Virus record (IMG/VR): IMGVR_UViG_3300033515_000012
Location: 1-38,700 of that record
DNA: 38,700 bases
Strand: one strand, 5' to 3'
Source: a virus
Lineage: Duplodnaviria; Caudoviricetes
A program made the translations under genes and the position numbers. The first letter of the stretch is position 1. Each line of letters begins with the position of its first letter. Below are positions 1 to 8,667 of the stretch, piece by piece. The notes beneath the pieces were generated by a model, which worked only from the letters and a program-made list of their open reading frames with translations, was not told the origin of the DNA and made no database searches.

Positions 1-400
1 GAATGATTATTTTGTAGCTTACTTTACCAGCATTTTCATAAAACCCTCTCTCAGGTTCAACAAACTCGCAATTTGGGTTTTTTACAAACCATTCCAAAAA
101 TTGATCATCGATAGCTTGTACTCCGTCTTTGATTAAGTCTTGGGCTGTTGTTAGGATTATTTTAAACTCTTTATCAACAGTATTATAACCTGATTTTGCA
201 ATTGCTTGAAAAATTTTATTTAATCTTTCATTGTAATAATAATCTCCTTCTTTAATTTCTTCATCAGAAGTGATGTAGATGTTTTGATTAGTAGCTCCTT
301 TGTCAATCTTGTAATCTAATCTTAAAATATCATTTTTAAGTTGATATAACCTACTCTCTTTATCTGTTGGTATTAACCATAAATTCTTTTTACTTTCCAT
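1..400 (-). CDS. Hypothetical phage protein (3' end truncated by window edge), paralog of 14287..15018
   Basis: Manual translation from ATG at 400: MESKKNLWLIPTDKESRL...NQNIYITSDEEIKEGD...KIILTTAQDLIKDGVQAIDDQFLEWFVKNP; open to position 1; absent from ORF track. Confidence 0.8.
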   Translation of the reverse strand, partial: MESKKNLWLIPTDKESRLYQLKNDILRLDYKIDKGATNQNIYITSDEEIKEGDYYYNERLNKIFQAIAKSGYNTVDKEFKIILTTAQDLIKDGVQAIDDQFLEWFVKNPNCEFVEPERGFYENAGKVSYKIII

Positions 401-593
401 AAACATCGTTTTTAAAATATTGTTGTAGTTCGGTTGTTGATAAATTCCAATTATTTCTGTCGTTATTTTTATAAGTGGATGCCCAATTAAAAAACTTAAC
501 AGTAAAATCATCTGTTACTTGCTCCAGCTTGTTTAACGTTTCTTTATTTAAACCATCAAACGGCTTTGCTAATTTTTCTCTTAATTTATTCAT
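390..593 (-). CDS. Hypothetical protein
   Basis: 67 aa ORF overlapping neighbours in tightly packed minus-strand operon. Confidence 0.7.
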   Translation of the reverse strand: MNKLREKLAKPFDGLNKETLNKLEQVTDDFTVKFFNWASTYKNNDRNNWNLSTTELQQYFKNDVYGK

Positions 594-729
594 ATTTTAA
601 ATCTTTGTTATATTTGAAATAAACATTTTTTCCACAATAACTGCCATTTCTGTATATAGGCTCTTCTTTTTTACAGATTAAATTCATTTCATAAAGTTTA
701 ATGCAAATATCGTATGTATCAGTAAACAT
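586..729 (-). CDS. Small hypothetical protein (47 aa, MFTDTYDICIK...)
   Basis: Manual translation; fills gap and overlaps start of 390..593. Confidence 0.45.
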   Translation of the reverse strand: MFTDTYDICIKLYEMNLICKKEEPIYRNGSYCGKNVYFKYNKDLKYE

Positions 730-733
730 CTTG

Positions 734-988
734 TTATGTGATATTTACGCAGTTGACTAAAGCGTACCACATTCCTTTTTCATCATAACAAATTTCAGCT
801 TCTTTATTTATTTTAGCTATTTTAAAAATTAAACCGTTGCAATAATTTACTGTATCTCCGACAGAAAAAACATCACATAACATTGGTTTTGACTTATTGC
901 CACATTCGGTTAAATTTTCAGTTTGTTTTGTAATTTTTTCTAAAGCTGTTAAATTTTCTAAAAATTGAGGTTCGTTATTTATTGCCAT
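734..988 (-). CDS. Hypothetical protein
   Basis: 84 aa ORF; C-terminal half bounded by GTTATGTGAT/ATCACATAAC inverted repeat. Confidence 0.7.
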   Translation of the reverse strand: MAINNEPQFLENLTALEKITKQTENLTECGNKSKPMLCDVFSVGDTVNYCNGLIFKIAKINKEAEICYDEKGMWYALVNCVNIT

Positions 989-992
989 TATT

Positions 993-1388
993 TTATATTT
1001 TTAATTTTCCATCTTTAATAAATTTTTCTAAATATTTAATACTTGAAGTACCGTAATAATAATTTGAACCATAATTACCTTTTTTATTTTCAATTACATA
1101 TTTTTTAACATTAGGACAATACAACATTTTTAATTGATTATTTTCATATAAATTTATCAATACTTTAGATACATCACTTTTACTATATTTTGCTTTCAAT
1201 AAATTATAACAAATATAATTTAATGTTACTCCTGTATAATATTTACGATATTTATTATCTAATACTTTTAAACAATTAAATGTTCTACCTGTTTCTTTAT
1301 TAAAAAAAGTAAAAGTATCATTAAGATATTTTAATATTTCTTTTTCAATATTACCATTCATCATTAAAATCTTCAAAATTATTTTCAT
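993..1388 (-). CDS. Hypothetical protein (true start likely at the MMNGN methionines)
   Basis: ORF track; operon packing. Confidence 0.65.
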   Translation of the reverse strand: MKIILKILMMNGNIEKEILKYLNDTFTFFNKETGRTFNCLKVLDNKYRKYYTGVTLNYICYNLLKAKYSKSDVSKVLINLYENNQLKMLYCPNVKKYVIENKKGNYGSNYYYGTSSIKYLEKFIKDGKLKI

Positions 1389-1545
1389 TTATTGAAAATA
1401 TAAAATCTTCTGCTATTTGATTATCTACATAACCACTACCATTACACAAACTACAAGTTTTATATTCAAAACCTTTAGTTTTTTTAGCTTCCATTATTTT
1501 ACCTATCCCTAAACATTTAGGACATTCTGTTAAATTATCTTGCAT
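1351..1545 (-). CDS. Small DnaJ-type zinc-finger protein
   Basis: Two CxxCxGxG motifs (CPKCLGIG, CSLCNGSG). Confidence 0.75.
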   Translation of the reverse strand: MQDNLTECPKCLGIGKIMEAKKTKGFEYKTCSLCNGSGYVDNQIAEDFIFSINENNFEDFNDEW

Positions 1546-1738
1546 ATTTTATTTTGTTTGATTGTTTTTCATAATCTTCTAATTTATTAATATTCATATA
1601 ATCTGCAATTTGATGTATTGAATATTCTAAACCTAAATCTTCTTCAATTTTTTCAGCAATAATTATAGGATTAGATGTTTGATATTCGTATGATACTAAA
1701 TCTACAGCTATTGCTAATTGTGAGTATGCTTTTATCAT
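1535..1738 (-). CDS. Hypothetical protein
   Basis: 67 aa ORF overlapping downstream gene. Confidence 0.7.
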   Translation of the reverse strand: MIKAYSQLAIAVDLVSYEYQTSNPIIIAEKIEEDLGLEYSIHQIADYMNINKLEDYEKQSNKIKYAR

Positions 1739-1739
1739 G

Positions 1740-2342
1740 TTAAGGTATATATAAATTAGTTGGATTATCTTTATGAATATCTACAATATTTTCTCTACCA
1801 TAAGATTTAAATTGACCTATATTAAAAGGTAATGTAATTAAGTGATAACCATTTTTAGAAGGAATTACACTTAATATTTTATTAGTATTTGGATCACATT
1901 TGTTTATCCAAGACATATAGATTTCTAAATCTTTGTTATTTAAACGAGATTCTTTTGTGTTATCTAAGTCTATTATCCATTTCTTTTCAGAATCATTATG
2001 ACCTAAACCACAAGCTCTATCGTAAGATGCTTTAAGAAAACTGTATTCTTTATTCATCATAGTATTAGCTAAATTTGTCATACATTTAAATCCTACTTTT
2101 TCAAATGAACGTTTATTTAAACGAATCATTGCTCTAGCATTAAATACTTCACAAAGTTTTTTAATTTCATCATATCTATCTAATAAATATTGTTTAGATT
2201 TAATATAATAAGTTTTAATAACTTTTGAATTACTACCTAATTGAGGATTTTCTTTTTTACGTTGAAGAATCTGTAAATAATAAAAATCATCTTTTGACTC
2301 AAATTTTAAGAAAGGTAAAATTAATTGTATATTATCTATCAT
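1740..2342 (-). CDS. AEP (primase-polymerase) superfamily-like protein
   Basis: hhhDhD motif (WIIDLD) and S-x-x-G-x-H motif (SKNGYH), as in AEP motifs I and II; TAATG-coupled to RNA ligase. Confidence 0.55.
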   Translation of the reverse strand: MIDNIQLILPFLKFESKDDFYYLQILQRKKENPQLGSNSKVIKTYYIKSKQYLLDRYDEIKKLCEVFNARAMIRLNKRSFEKVGFKCMTNLANTMMNKEYSFLKASYDRACGLGHNDSEKKWIIDLDNTKESRLNNKDLEIYMSWINKCDPNTNKILSVIPSKNGYHLITLPFNIGQFKSYGRENIVDIHKDNPTNLYIP

Positions 2343-3556
2343 TACTTTTTACTATCATATTCAAGATTCATTACTTTAGCTGAAAATTTACTATCAAGAG
2401 TTCTAACTACAATACCTTCAATCATATTCTGTTTGAAATAAGCATTACACTCTGCAAGTAAATCTTCTTTAGAAATAAATTCTCTATTAAACACTTCAGT
2501 TACTCTATTAAATTGTAGTCTATAAGGTAGTGTCGAAAGTAAATTTGTAATTCCAAGAAAATCAATATAAGGTAATTTTTCTGCAACTCCATTAATTACA
2601 TTATCAACTCCAAAGAATTTAATATTAGCTTTTTCTTTAGATGCTGGATTATTTTTATTACCAGAACCTTTAAGACTTCCACCATTCAATTCTCCTCTTA
2701 ATATACAATTATCAAGGTTATAATAAATCATTTCATCCAAATATGGTTTAGCATATTTTACAAAATCATCATCATTCTCAATTTCCGCATAAACTTTTAA
2801 ATCAGGAATAATACCAAATAAAGATTTAATCCATTCCCAAATAGTTGGTTTTCTGTAATCTACTACTTTCTTAATAGTCAAAGGTTTATTAACATTTCTT
2901 GAACAAATAAATGGTTCACCTTTTTTAATACCAAAAGTAATAGAACTACCATCTACTTTTTCAGTACCTACTAAAGTAACAGGATAACCTATTTTATTCT
3001 CTAAATGCTTCCAAAGATTATTAATATTTTCTTCATCAGTTTTATAAACTCCTTCAGGAAATACTTTACCAGCACCAGTTTTAATACCATATTTATTAGT
3101 ATGTTCTGGTTCTTCGTATTTAGTAATACCTAATAATTCAGTTAATTTTTCTACTGGATATTGATTTAAACTATTTTTAAAAGTTTCTTCTAACCAAATA
3201 TTAACTTCAAATAAAGGTAATAATATTCCATTAGAATAAACAGGGTCTCCATTAGGTACTTTAGATAGATTAAATTTCTTTGCTCTAATTCTTCTTGGTT
3301 GTCCTTCTACTTTTCCTAACATTGATTTACTTTCATCACCATTAGGTCTAATAAATGAATCAAACAAACTTATATCAGATAGGTTATAATCAGGTTGAAT
3401 TAATACAGCTTTATCACCTATCTGGTATAAAGTTTTATTTGCTACTAGTTCATAACCTACTTCTTCTAATTCTATTATTTCAATAGTATTAGCTTGTTCT
3501 TCTCCTTTATATAAAGGAATTTTTGATTTTATTGTTACAATTTCTACTGGATTCAT
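2342..3556 (-). CDS. ATP-dependent RNA ligase, DRB0094/Rnl2-like family
   Basis: Nucleotidyltransferase motifs EKVDGSS (I), RGE (III), FFGVD (IIIa), EGIVVR (IV), AKV (V); N-terminal OB-like domain. Confidence 0.85.
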   Translation of the reverse strand: MNPVEIVTIKSKIPLYKGEEQANTIEIIELEEVGYELVANKTLYQIGDKAVLIQPDYNLSDISLFDSFIRPNGDESKSMLGKVEGQPRRIRAKKFNLSKVPNGDPVYSNGILLPLFEVNIWLEETFKNSLNQYPVEKLTELLGITKYEEPEHTNKYGIKTGAGKVFPEGVYKTDEENINNLWKHLENKIGYPVTLVGTEKVDGSSITFGIKKGEPFICSRNVNKPLTIKKVVDYRKPTIWEWIKSLFGIIPDLKVYAEIENDDDFVKYAKPYLDEMIYYNLDNCILRGELNGGSLKGSGNKNNPASKEKANIKFFGVDNVINGVAEKLPYIDFLGITNLLSTLPYRLQFNRVTEVFNREFISKEDLLAECNAYFKQNMIEGIVVRTLDSKFSAKVMNLEYDSKK

Positions 3557-3557
3557 T

Positions 3558-3797
3558 TTAAGATAATTTAATTTTTATATTTTTTCTAACTGGTTCAAAA
3601 TCATCAGTTAAACCAGCTTCACTTACTTGTTTACCATTTTTATCAGCTACAAATAAACCATAAACTTCATAAATTTCAGCACCAAATAAACCAAATGTTA
3701 CAAAACCTTGTTCAAATATACTATCTCCAATATAAATAGCCACTTCTTGACCTAAATAGAAAATTTTATTTCCTATTTTAAATTGTATTATATCCAT
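3558..3797 (-). CDS. Hypothetical protein
   Basis: 79 aa ORF between polymerase and ligase. Confidence 0.7.
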   Translation of the reverse strand: MDIIQFKIGNKIFYLGQEVAIYIGDSIFEQGFVTFGLFGAEIYEVYGLFVADKNGKQVSEAGLTDDFEPVRKNIKIKLS

Positions 3798-3798
3798 T

Positions 3799-5682
3799 TT
3801 AAGTAAATAATTTTAATTGATTATTATTGTTAAGTTCATCTATTATTTTTTGAACTGATGAGATGTAATATTGGTAATTGATTTTGTAATCACACCATTC
3901 TTTTTTTTCGTAGTTATTAAAGAGTTTAACACCTTCTCCAACATTGACATGTTGCATTGTACCAACGCCATGTTTTTGTTTGAATAAATATGGTTCATTT
4001 TTGCTAAAATAATACCTATTAAGTTGTTGTTGGATTTTTCCATCATGATAAACTATAAAGTCTTTAGATATTTTATTAGATTTACAATAGTCATATATAT
4101 GTAAATCATATTTATCTGGGTTAGTAATAAATTCTTTTGGTTCAATACCATTTACATAATAAGCATTTAAAGCTTTAGCAATTACTTGTTCATTACAAGA
4201 ATCACCTAAAGGTACTTCACGTTTATTATATTCATTAAACGGTAATTTAAACATACCTTTACGTTTAATAGAACCTGATTCTGTTACAGCTAAATAATTA
4301 TTAACATTAGAATATATAATTTTAGAATAATTTTCATATTCTAAATTAAGATTAAACTTTTGAGCTTCGTTTTGAGTCAATTCATAAAATAAATTTAATT
4401 CAGATTTTGGTACAAGAGCTTCAATTCCATCTGTATTGTATGAGATTGTTTTCCAGTTATTTAAAATACATATTTCACCAATTTTAGTTAATATTAATTG
4501 ACCAATTAATCTTAATTTCATTGCTCCTTCAGGATAATATAACCATGAATGTTCATTGTCAAGTAAACCTGATGTTGAATTTAAAATAAGTTTAAGAAAA
4601 CTATCTTTAGATTTATTTTTTTCTTTTTTAGCAATTACTCTTTCTTCTCGAACTTGATTATATTTATTTAATACTTCAGGTTGTCTAATACAATTATAAT
4701 TTAACATTAAATTTGGGTATAATGAAGTAAAATCTGCAGTAACAACTTGAATTTCATCATTAGAGGAATATTGTTCATTATTATTAACACTATGTAATCC
4801 CCCAATACCATAAGATAATTTAATAGAAGTATTATTGTGATTTACAATTAATTCTTTACTAAAACTATTTTTAGAATTACAAACATCTAACCATAATTGT
4901 TGGAATATAGGTAATTTAAATTGTGGTTCAAAACCTTTTAATAATTCACCTAAATACAATATAGGTTTTTCAAATCTTTGTTTTCTGACTTCTTTTTTGT
5001 CTTTAACTGTAGATTTACAATAATCATCTAATAATGCTTCAGATGCAATTTTAGGTGCATCCCATGACCAACAATCTAATCCATATTCATTTACAATAGA
5101 ACCTCTTAAATTAATATCAGGTTCCATTTCAATTAATAACATTTCAGTAATACCTAAATCATGTACTTTATTATAATGTCTTAATTTTGGTAAATCTTCA
5201 ACAGTTAATATAGTATCTGGTTTATAAGGTAATTCTTGAATTGTGTCATAACCTAATTGAACAGCTAATGATTTTAATGACATTTTTTTAGATATTCTAA
5301 GCATCTTAGACCAATAAGCAAATAAATCTATAGAAATATATTTTTTTTTATACCATTTTGCTTGTTTAATATCTTTATCGTTAAAATCATCATTAATTAA
5401 TTTATCAGAAAATTGTTTTAATCTTTTACAAAATTCATTTAAAGGTAAATGTTTAAAAGTATTATAATTTAGAACTAAATGATTTAACACAACTTCATCA
5501 TAATGTAAGGAGTTAAATCCTATCATGAAACCTTTAAAAGTTGTTATATATTGATAAATTTGTATTAAATCATTATGTTCTTCAGAAAGTTCATAGAATT
5601 GTATTTCTTTAGTATTAAAATCTTTAATACCTATACAAAAGTAATTCCAATAACATTCTATATCTATTATGTGTTTATCCAT
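3799..5682 (-). CDS. DNA polymerase family B with 3'-5' exonuclease domain
   Basis: ExoI DIE, ExoII GFNSLHYD, ExoIII YNKVHD; motif A DFTSLYPN, motif B KLILNSTSG, motif C YNTDG. Confidence 0.92.
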   Translation of the reverse strand: MDKHIIDIECYWNYFCIGIKDFNTKEIQFYELSEEHNDLIQIYQYITTFKGFMIGFNSLHYDEVVLNHLVLNYNTFKHLPLNEFCKRLKQFSDKLINDDFNDKDIKQAKWYKKKYISIDLFAYWSKMLRISKKMSLKSLAVQLGYDTIQELPYKPDTILTVEDLPKLRHYNKVHDLGITEMLLIEMEPDINLRGSIVNEYGLDCWSWDAPKIASEALLDDYCKSTVKDKKEVRKQRFEKPILYLGELLKGFEPQFKLPIFQQLWLDVCNSKNSFSKELIVNHNNTSIKLSYGIGGLHSVNNNEQYSSNDEIQVVTADFTSLYPNLMLNYNCIRQPEVLNKYNQVREERVIAKKEKNKSKDSFLKLILNSTSGLLDNEHSWLYYPEGAMKLRLIGQLILTKIGEICILNNWKTISYNTDGIEALVPKSELNLFYELTQNEAQKFNLNLEYENYSKIIYSNVNNYLAVTESGSIKRKGMFKLPFNEYNKREVPLGDSCNEQVIAKALNAYYVNGIEPKEFITNPDKYDLHIYDYCKSNKISKDFIVYHDGKIQQQLNRYYFSKNEPYLFKQKHGVGTMQHVNVGEGVKLFNNYEKKEWCDYKINYQYYISSVQKIIDELNNNNQLKLFT

Positions 5683-5794
5683 ATATTTAATTTAAAGTGA
5701 GTCATACTTTAAATAATGGATTTAAAAGAAATAATTAGGCTGAACATCCTCTAGTTCATTTATCTATTCATGAGAATAGCACCTAATTATTAAA

Positions 5795-6046
5795 TTATTT
5801 TATAATTATTGTACCTTCAATTAAACCAAAAGAAGATTTTTCATTAAAATAATATTTGTTTTCAATAGTATCTTTAGAAAGAATCCATAAACTAGTTTTT
5901 TTCCAAGTAGCATTTACAAAAATTCTGTTTGAAGGTAAACTAATATTTTCAGTTCCACCCCAATGTCTAGCTCTAGCATTTTCAGTACAACTTATTAATG
6001 TCAACATTAACATTAATAATAATAATAATAATAATAATTTTTTCAT
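5795..6046 (-). CDS. Putative lipoprotein
   Basis: MKK + poly-Leu hydrophobic stretch + lipobox-like LISC. Confidence 0.75.
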   Translation of the reverse strand: MKKLLLLLLLLMLMLTLISCTENARARHWGGTENISLPSNRIFVNATWKKTSLWILSKDTIENKYYFNEKSSFGLIEGTIIIK

Positions 6047-6301
6047 TATTTTTTAATTTTTAAATATTTAAATAATATATTTTTTTTACCAAAATCACTT
6101 GTTGATAATTTATTACTTGGTGTTACAATTAAATATATCATATGTCCTATAAATACTAAAAAGAAAATAACAGCTATAATAAAAATAACTGTGATTATAA
6201 TTATATTAATCATTAAAAATATTTTTCATTATCCTCGTCATTTGATGGTGCAGTTAACGATGCTAAAATAAAAACTCCTAAAATTATAATACCTATAATC
6301 A

Positions 6302-6475
6302 TTATACTTCAAATTTAATAGCACCTAAATCCCACATAGTATCTTCAAATACTTTCATAATTTGTTGTTGAGAACGTAAACGTCCTTTATCATCACGTAA
6401 AACAGCATTGTTTATTTTACATACTTGTTTACAACCATCTTCAAAATGATATGTAACTGTTGTTAATTCATCCAT
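6302..6475 (-). CDS. Small hypothetical protein (57 aa, MDELTTVTYHFEDG...)
   Basis: Manual translation; TAATG coupling with 6475..6633. Confidence 0.6.
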   Translation of the reverse strand: MDELTTVTYHFEDGCKQVCKINNAVLRDDKGRLRSQQQIMKVFEDTMWDLGAIKFEV

Positions 6476-6633
6476 TATTTTTTCTCTGTTTTAATTGTTA
6501 TTTTTGAATTGCAAACTGTACATTTTGCTTCAGTTTCTTTTTCATTAATATTGAACACTCTATTGTTTTTACCATAAATTTCATCTTGAAACTGATGTGT
6601 ACATTTACATTTTAATACTTTTGTTCCTGACAT
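6475..6633 (-). CDS. Small putative zinc-binding protein (52 aa)
   Basis: Manual translation MSGTKVLKCKCTHQFQDEIYG...KCTVCNS; CxCxH and CxxC. Confidence 0.65.
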   Translation of the reverse strand: MSGTKVLKCKCTHQFQDEIYGKNNRVFNINEKETEAKCTVCNSKITIKTEKK

Positions 6634-6635
6634 AA

Positions 6636-6914
6636 TTAATAAGATAATTTAAAATTAGGTTGTTTACATTGACTACCAAATTGTTTCCATAATTCACCAA
6701 CAATTGGTTTAGGAAAAATATTATTATTCATAACATAATCCATAAGTTTTTTGAATGCATATTTTCTACCAACAATTTTTTCTGGTTTATCACCATGGCG
6801 AAGTTTAACTTCTCTTGAAGCTAATTCTTCATTTGTTTCTAAATTTTTAGCAATAGCTAATGTTGTACCATTTTCTTTGTATTTAAAAAATACTTTCACA
6901 TTTTCTGCTTTCAT
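6636..6914 (-). CDS. Hypothetical protein
   Basis: 92 aa ORF in operon. Confidence 0.75.
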   Translation of the reverse strand: MKAENVKVFFKYKENGTTLAIAKNLETNEELASREVKLRHGDKPEKIVGRKYAFKKLMDYVMNNNIFPKPIVGELWKQFGSQCKQPNFKLSY

Positions 6915-6927
6915 AATTGTTTAATAT

Positions 6928-7689
6928 TTAATTTGTTTTTAATTTTTGTTTTATTAATTCTGTTAAATTATTAGTATTTATTTTGTTCATTTTTTTAAAA
7001 ATAGTTTTAATATCATTAAAAGATAAACAAGGTTTATTCATTAAAATATATTCTTCGGCTTTTTCTTTTGTTGAAAAATATTTATAAACAGAACTTCTTT
7101 CAAAATATTTTGATTTAATAACTCTATCAATATCTTTAAATATTAATTTAGTTCTATCTATAGAAAATATTTTATCACCTTCAAAAATATCAACACCATC
7201 TTCAGTTGTGAATAATGGTTGTTTAACTTTTTGTGGTATTTCAAAACAATCTAAAGCTTTGCAAATTGTATAACCAAATGGCATTTGATTATCAATTCCA
7301 GTTAAATATATATCATTACCATATATTTCTAAAGATGTAATTTTTCCTTTACAATCTTCACATTTAACAATATCACCAATAGTAAACACTTCACCATCAG
7401 ATAATCTTTTAACTGAATGGATTTTAAAATTTAATCTTTCTAATATTTCTGAATTATCTTCAATAGTAAAAATATTATTATTATCGGAATAAGATAACAC
7501 TTCATAATCTTTTTCAATAATTTTTTGCCAAAATTCAGGATAATTTTCTACTAATTTTTGTTGTAATCCAAAATACTCATCATGATAAATGTTTTTTAAA
7601 TTTTGATAAGTATCAATATCGTTTAATGTTACTATTGTTCCTAATTTAGGAGAACATGGATAAGTTCTTATAAGTTTGTATTTTTTCAT
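6928..7689 (-). CDS. Hypothetical phage protein, shares SVKRxxDGxxFxIGD module with 10772..11062
   Basis: 253 aa ORF; motif KIHSVKRLSDGEVFTIGD. Confidence 0.8.
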   Translation of the reverse strand: MKKYKLIRTYPCSPKLGTIVTLNDIDTYQNLKNIYHDEYFGLQQKLVENYPEFWQKIIEKDYEVLSYSDNNNIFTIEDNSEILERLNFKIHSVKRLSDGEVFTIGDIVKCEDCKGKITSLEIYGNDIYLTGIDNQMPFGYTICKALDCFEIPQKVKQPLFTTEDGVDIFEGDKIFSIDRTKLIFKDIDRVIKSKYFERSSVYKYFSTKEKAEEYILMNKPCLSFNDIKTIFKKMNKINTNNLTELIKQKLKTN

Positions 7690-7783
7690 GATGTTACAGT
7701 ATTACCTAAAAACCAACCTTCTTCTTCCATTTTATCTAAATAATTTTCTTCATTGTTTTTCATAATATTTATTTTTAATGATT

Positions 7784-7879
7784 AAAAATGTGAGCTACTT
7801 AGACATAGTATGACTACCTCTTTATTTCACTCACACTCAACTAACTAACTATCTATTACACATTATGAAAGTATAATAG
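7784..7879 (-). ncRNA. Candidate antisense sRNA against early-gene start regions
   Basis: 9-bp stem (one G-U) with loop UUUCAUAAU, then AUAGUUAGUUAGUUG, then UGUGAG...CUCACA stem and U5. Confidence 0.5.
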
Positions 7880-7880
7880 T

Positions 7881-7963
7881 TGTGAAGATGGGATTTGAAC
7901 CCTACATTTTTAACTTTGGAAGTTAATGTCTTACCGCTGGATTCACACCTTAGACGACTTCAC
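7881..7963 (-). tRNA. Degenerate tRNA-Trp(CCA) with enlarged D-loop
   Basis: Acceptor GTGAAG/CTTCAC, D stem GTCT/AGAC, anticodon arm TTAAC-TTCCAAA-GTTAA, T-loop GGGTTCAAATCCC; imperfect T stem. Confidence 0.6.
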
Positions 7964-8040
7964 GTGATGTTTTAAAGCTATGGGTTCTCTTCCCACTCAG
8001 ACAAATGAGTTTTCTAAATAGTCAATAAAACAAAGCGATA

Positions 8041-8102
8041 AATTAGTGATAGGAATCAAACCTATCAAATCAGAATAGCTTTACATTTAAGCTTAACTAA
8101 TT
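8041..8102 (-). ncRNA. tRNA-like element lacking an anticodon arm
   Basis: AATTAGT/ACTAATT acceptor, AGCTT/AAGCT D-like arm, GATAGG-TTTGATT-CCTATC T-like arm, only ~10 nt between D and T arms. Confidence 0.55.
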
Positions 8103-8172
8103 TATCTATTTGTAAGCGATGCTCAGTATTACCTTTCTCTTCTTACTACACTATTGAAGGTTGTGTTTCCTA

Positions 8173-8667
8173 TTATTTTATAAAATAATCAATTAAATAT
8201 AGTTTTGGTGCAAGTAATATATATAATAAATTATATGAATTAATACTAATTTGAGTAATTGAAACTAATGATCCAATACTAAATATCACCCATGCAGTAT
8301 ATATACCATTCTCTGGATATTCATTTATTGAATATCTTTTAAAAAATTTATTAGAATATTTACCTTGTGATTCTGTTTTATTCATCCATATATAAGGAAT
8401 ATATCTACCTAATAAAAATATAACTATTCCCAATAATATTCCTAAAATAGATTTTGAAATATTCCAATTATAAAACTCTTGTAATAATAATGGAGATTGT
8501 TCAATAACAAATTCTCCTGTTTTTTCAGCAACAATTAATGCTTTTTTTATAACTTTAGACAATACTTCATCTGTTTTTTGAAATTTATCTACCGATATAG
8601 AATCTTTAACTTGTGCATTTATATTTATTGAAAATGCTAAAATGAATAATAATAATAATTTTTTCAT
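8173..8667 (-). CDS. Putative membrane protein with signal peptide
   Basis: MKKLLLLFILAFSININAQ signal peptide; two further hydrophobic segments. Confidence 0.8.
   Translation of the reverse strand: MKKLLLLFILAFSININAQVKDSISVDKFQKTDEVLSKVIKKALIVAEKTGEFVIEQSPLLLQEFYNWNISKSILGILLGIVIFLLGRYIPYIWMNKTESQGKYSNKFFKRYSINEYPENGIYTAWVIFSIGSLVSITQISINSYNLLYILLAPKLYLIDYFIK

Noticed and set aside
3843-4046. 67-aa ORF inside the polymerase gene
   Set aside because: Alternative-frame shadow of PolB
6014-6038. (AAT)n microsatellite as a phase-variation tract
   Set aside because: Trinucleotide repeat encoding the poly-Leu signal peptide; length change would not shift the frame
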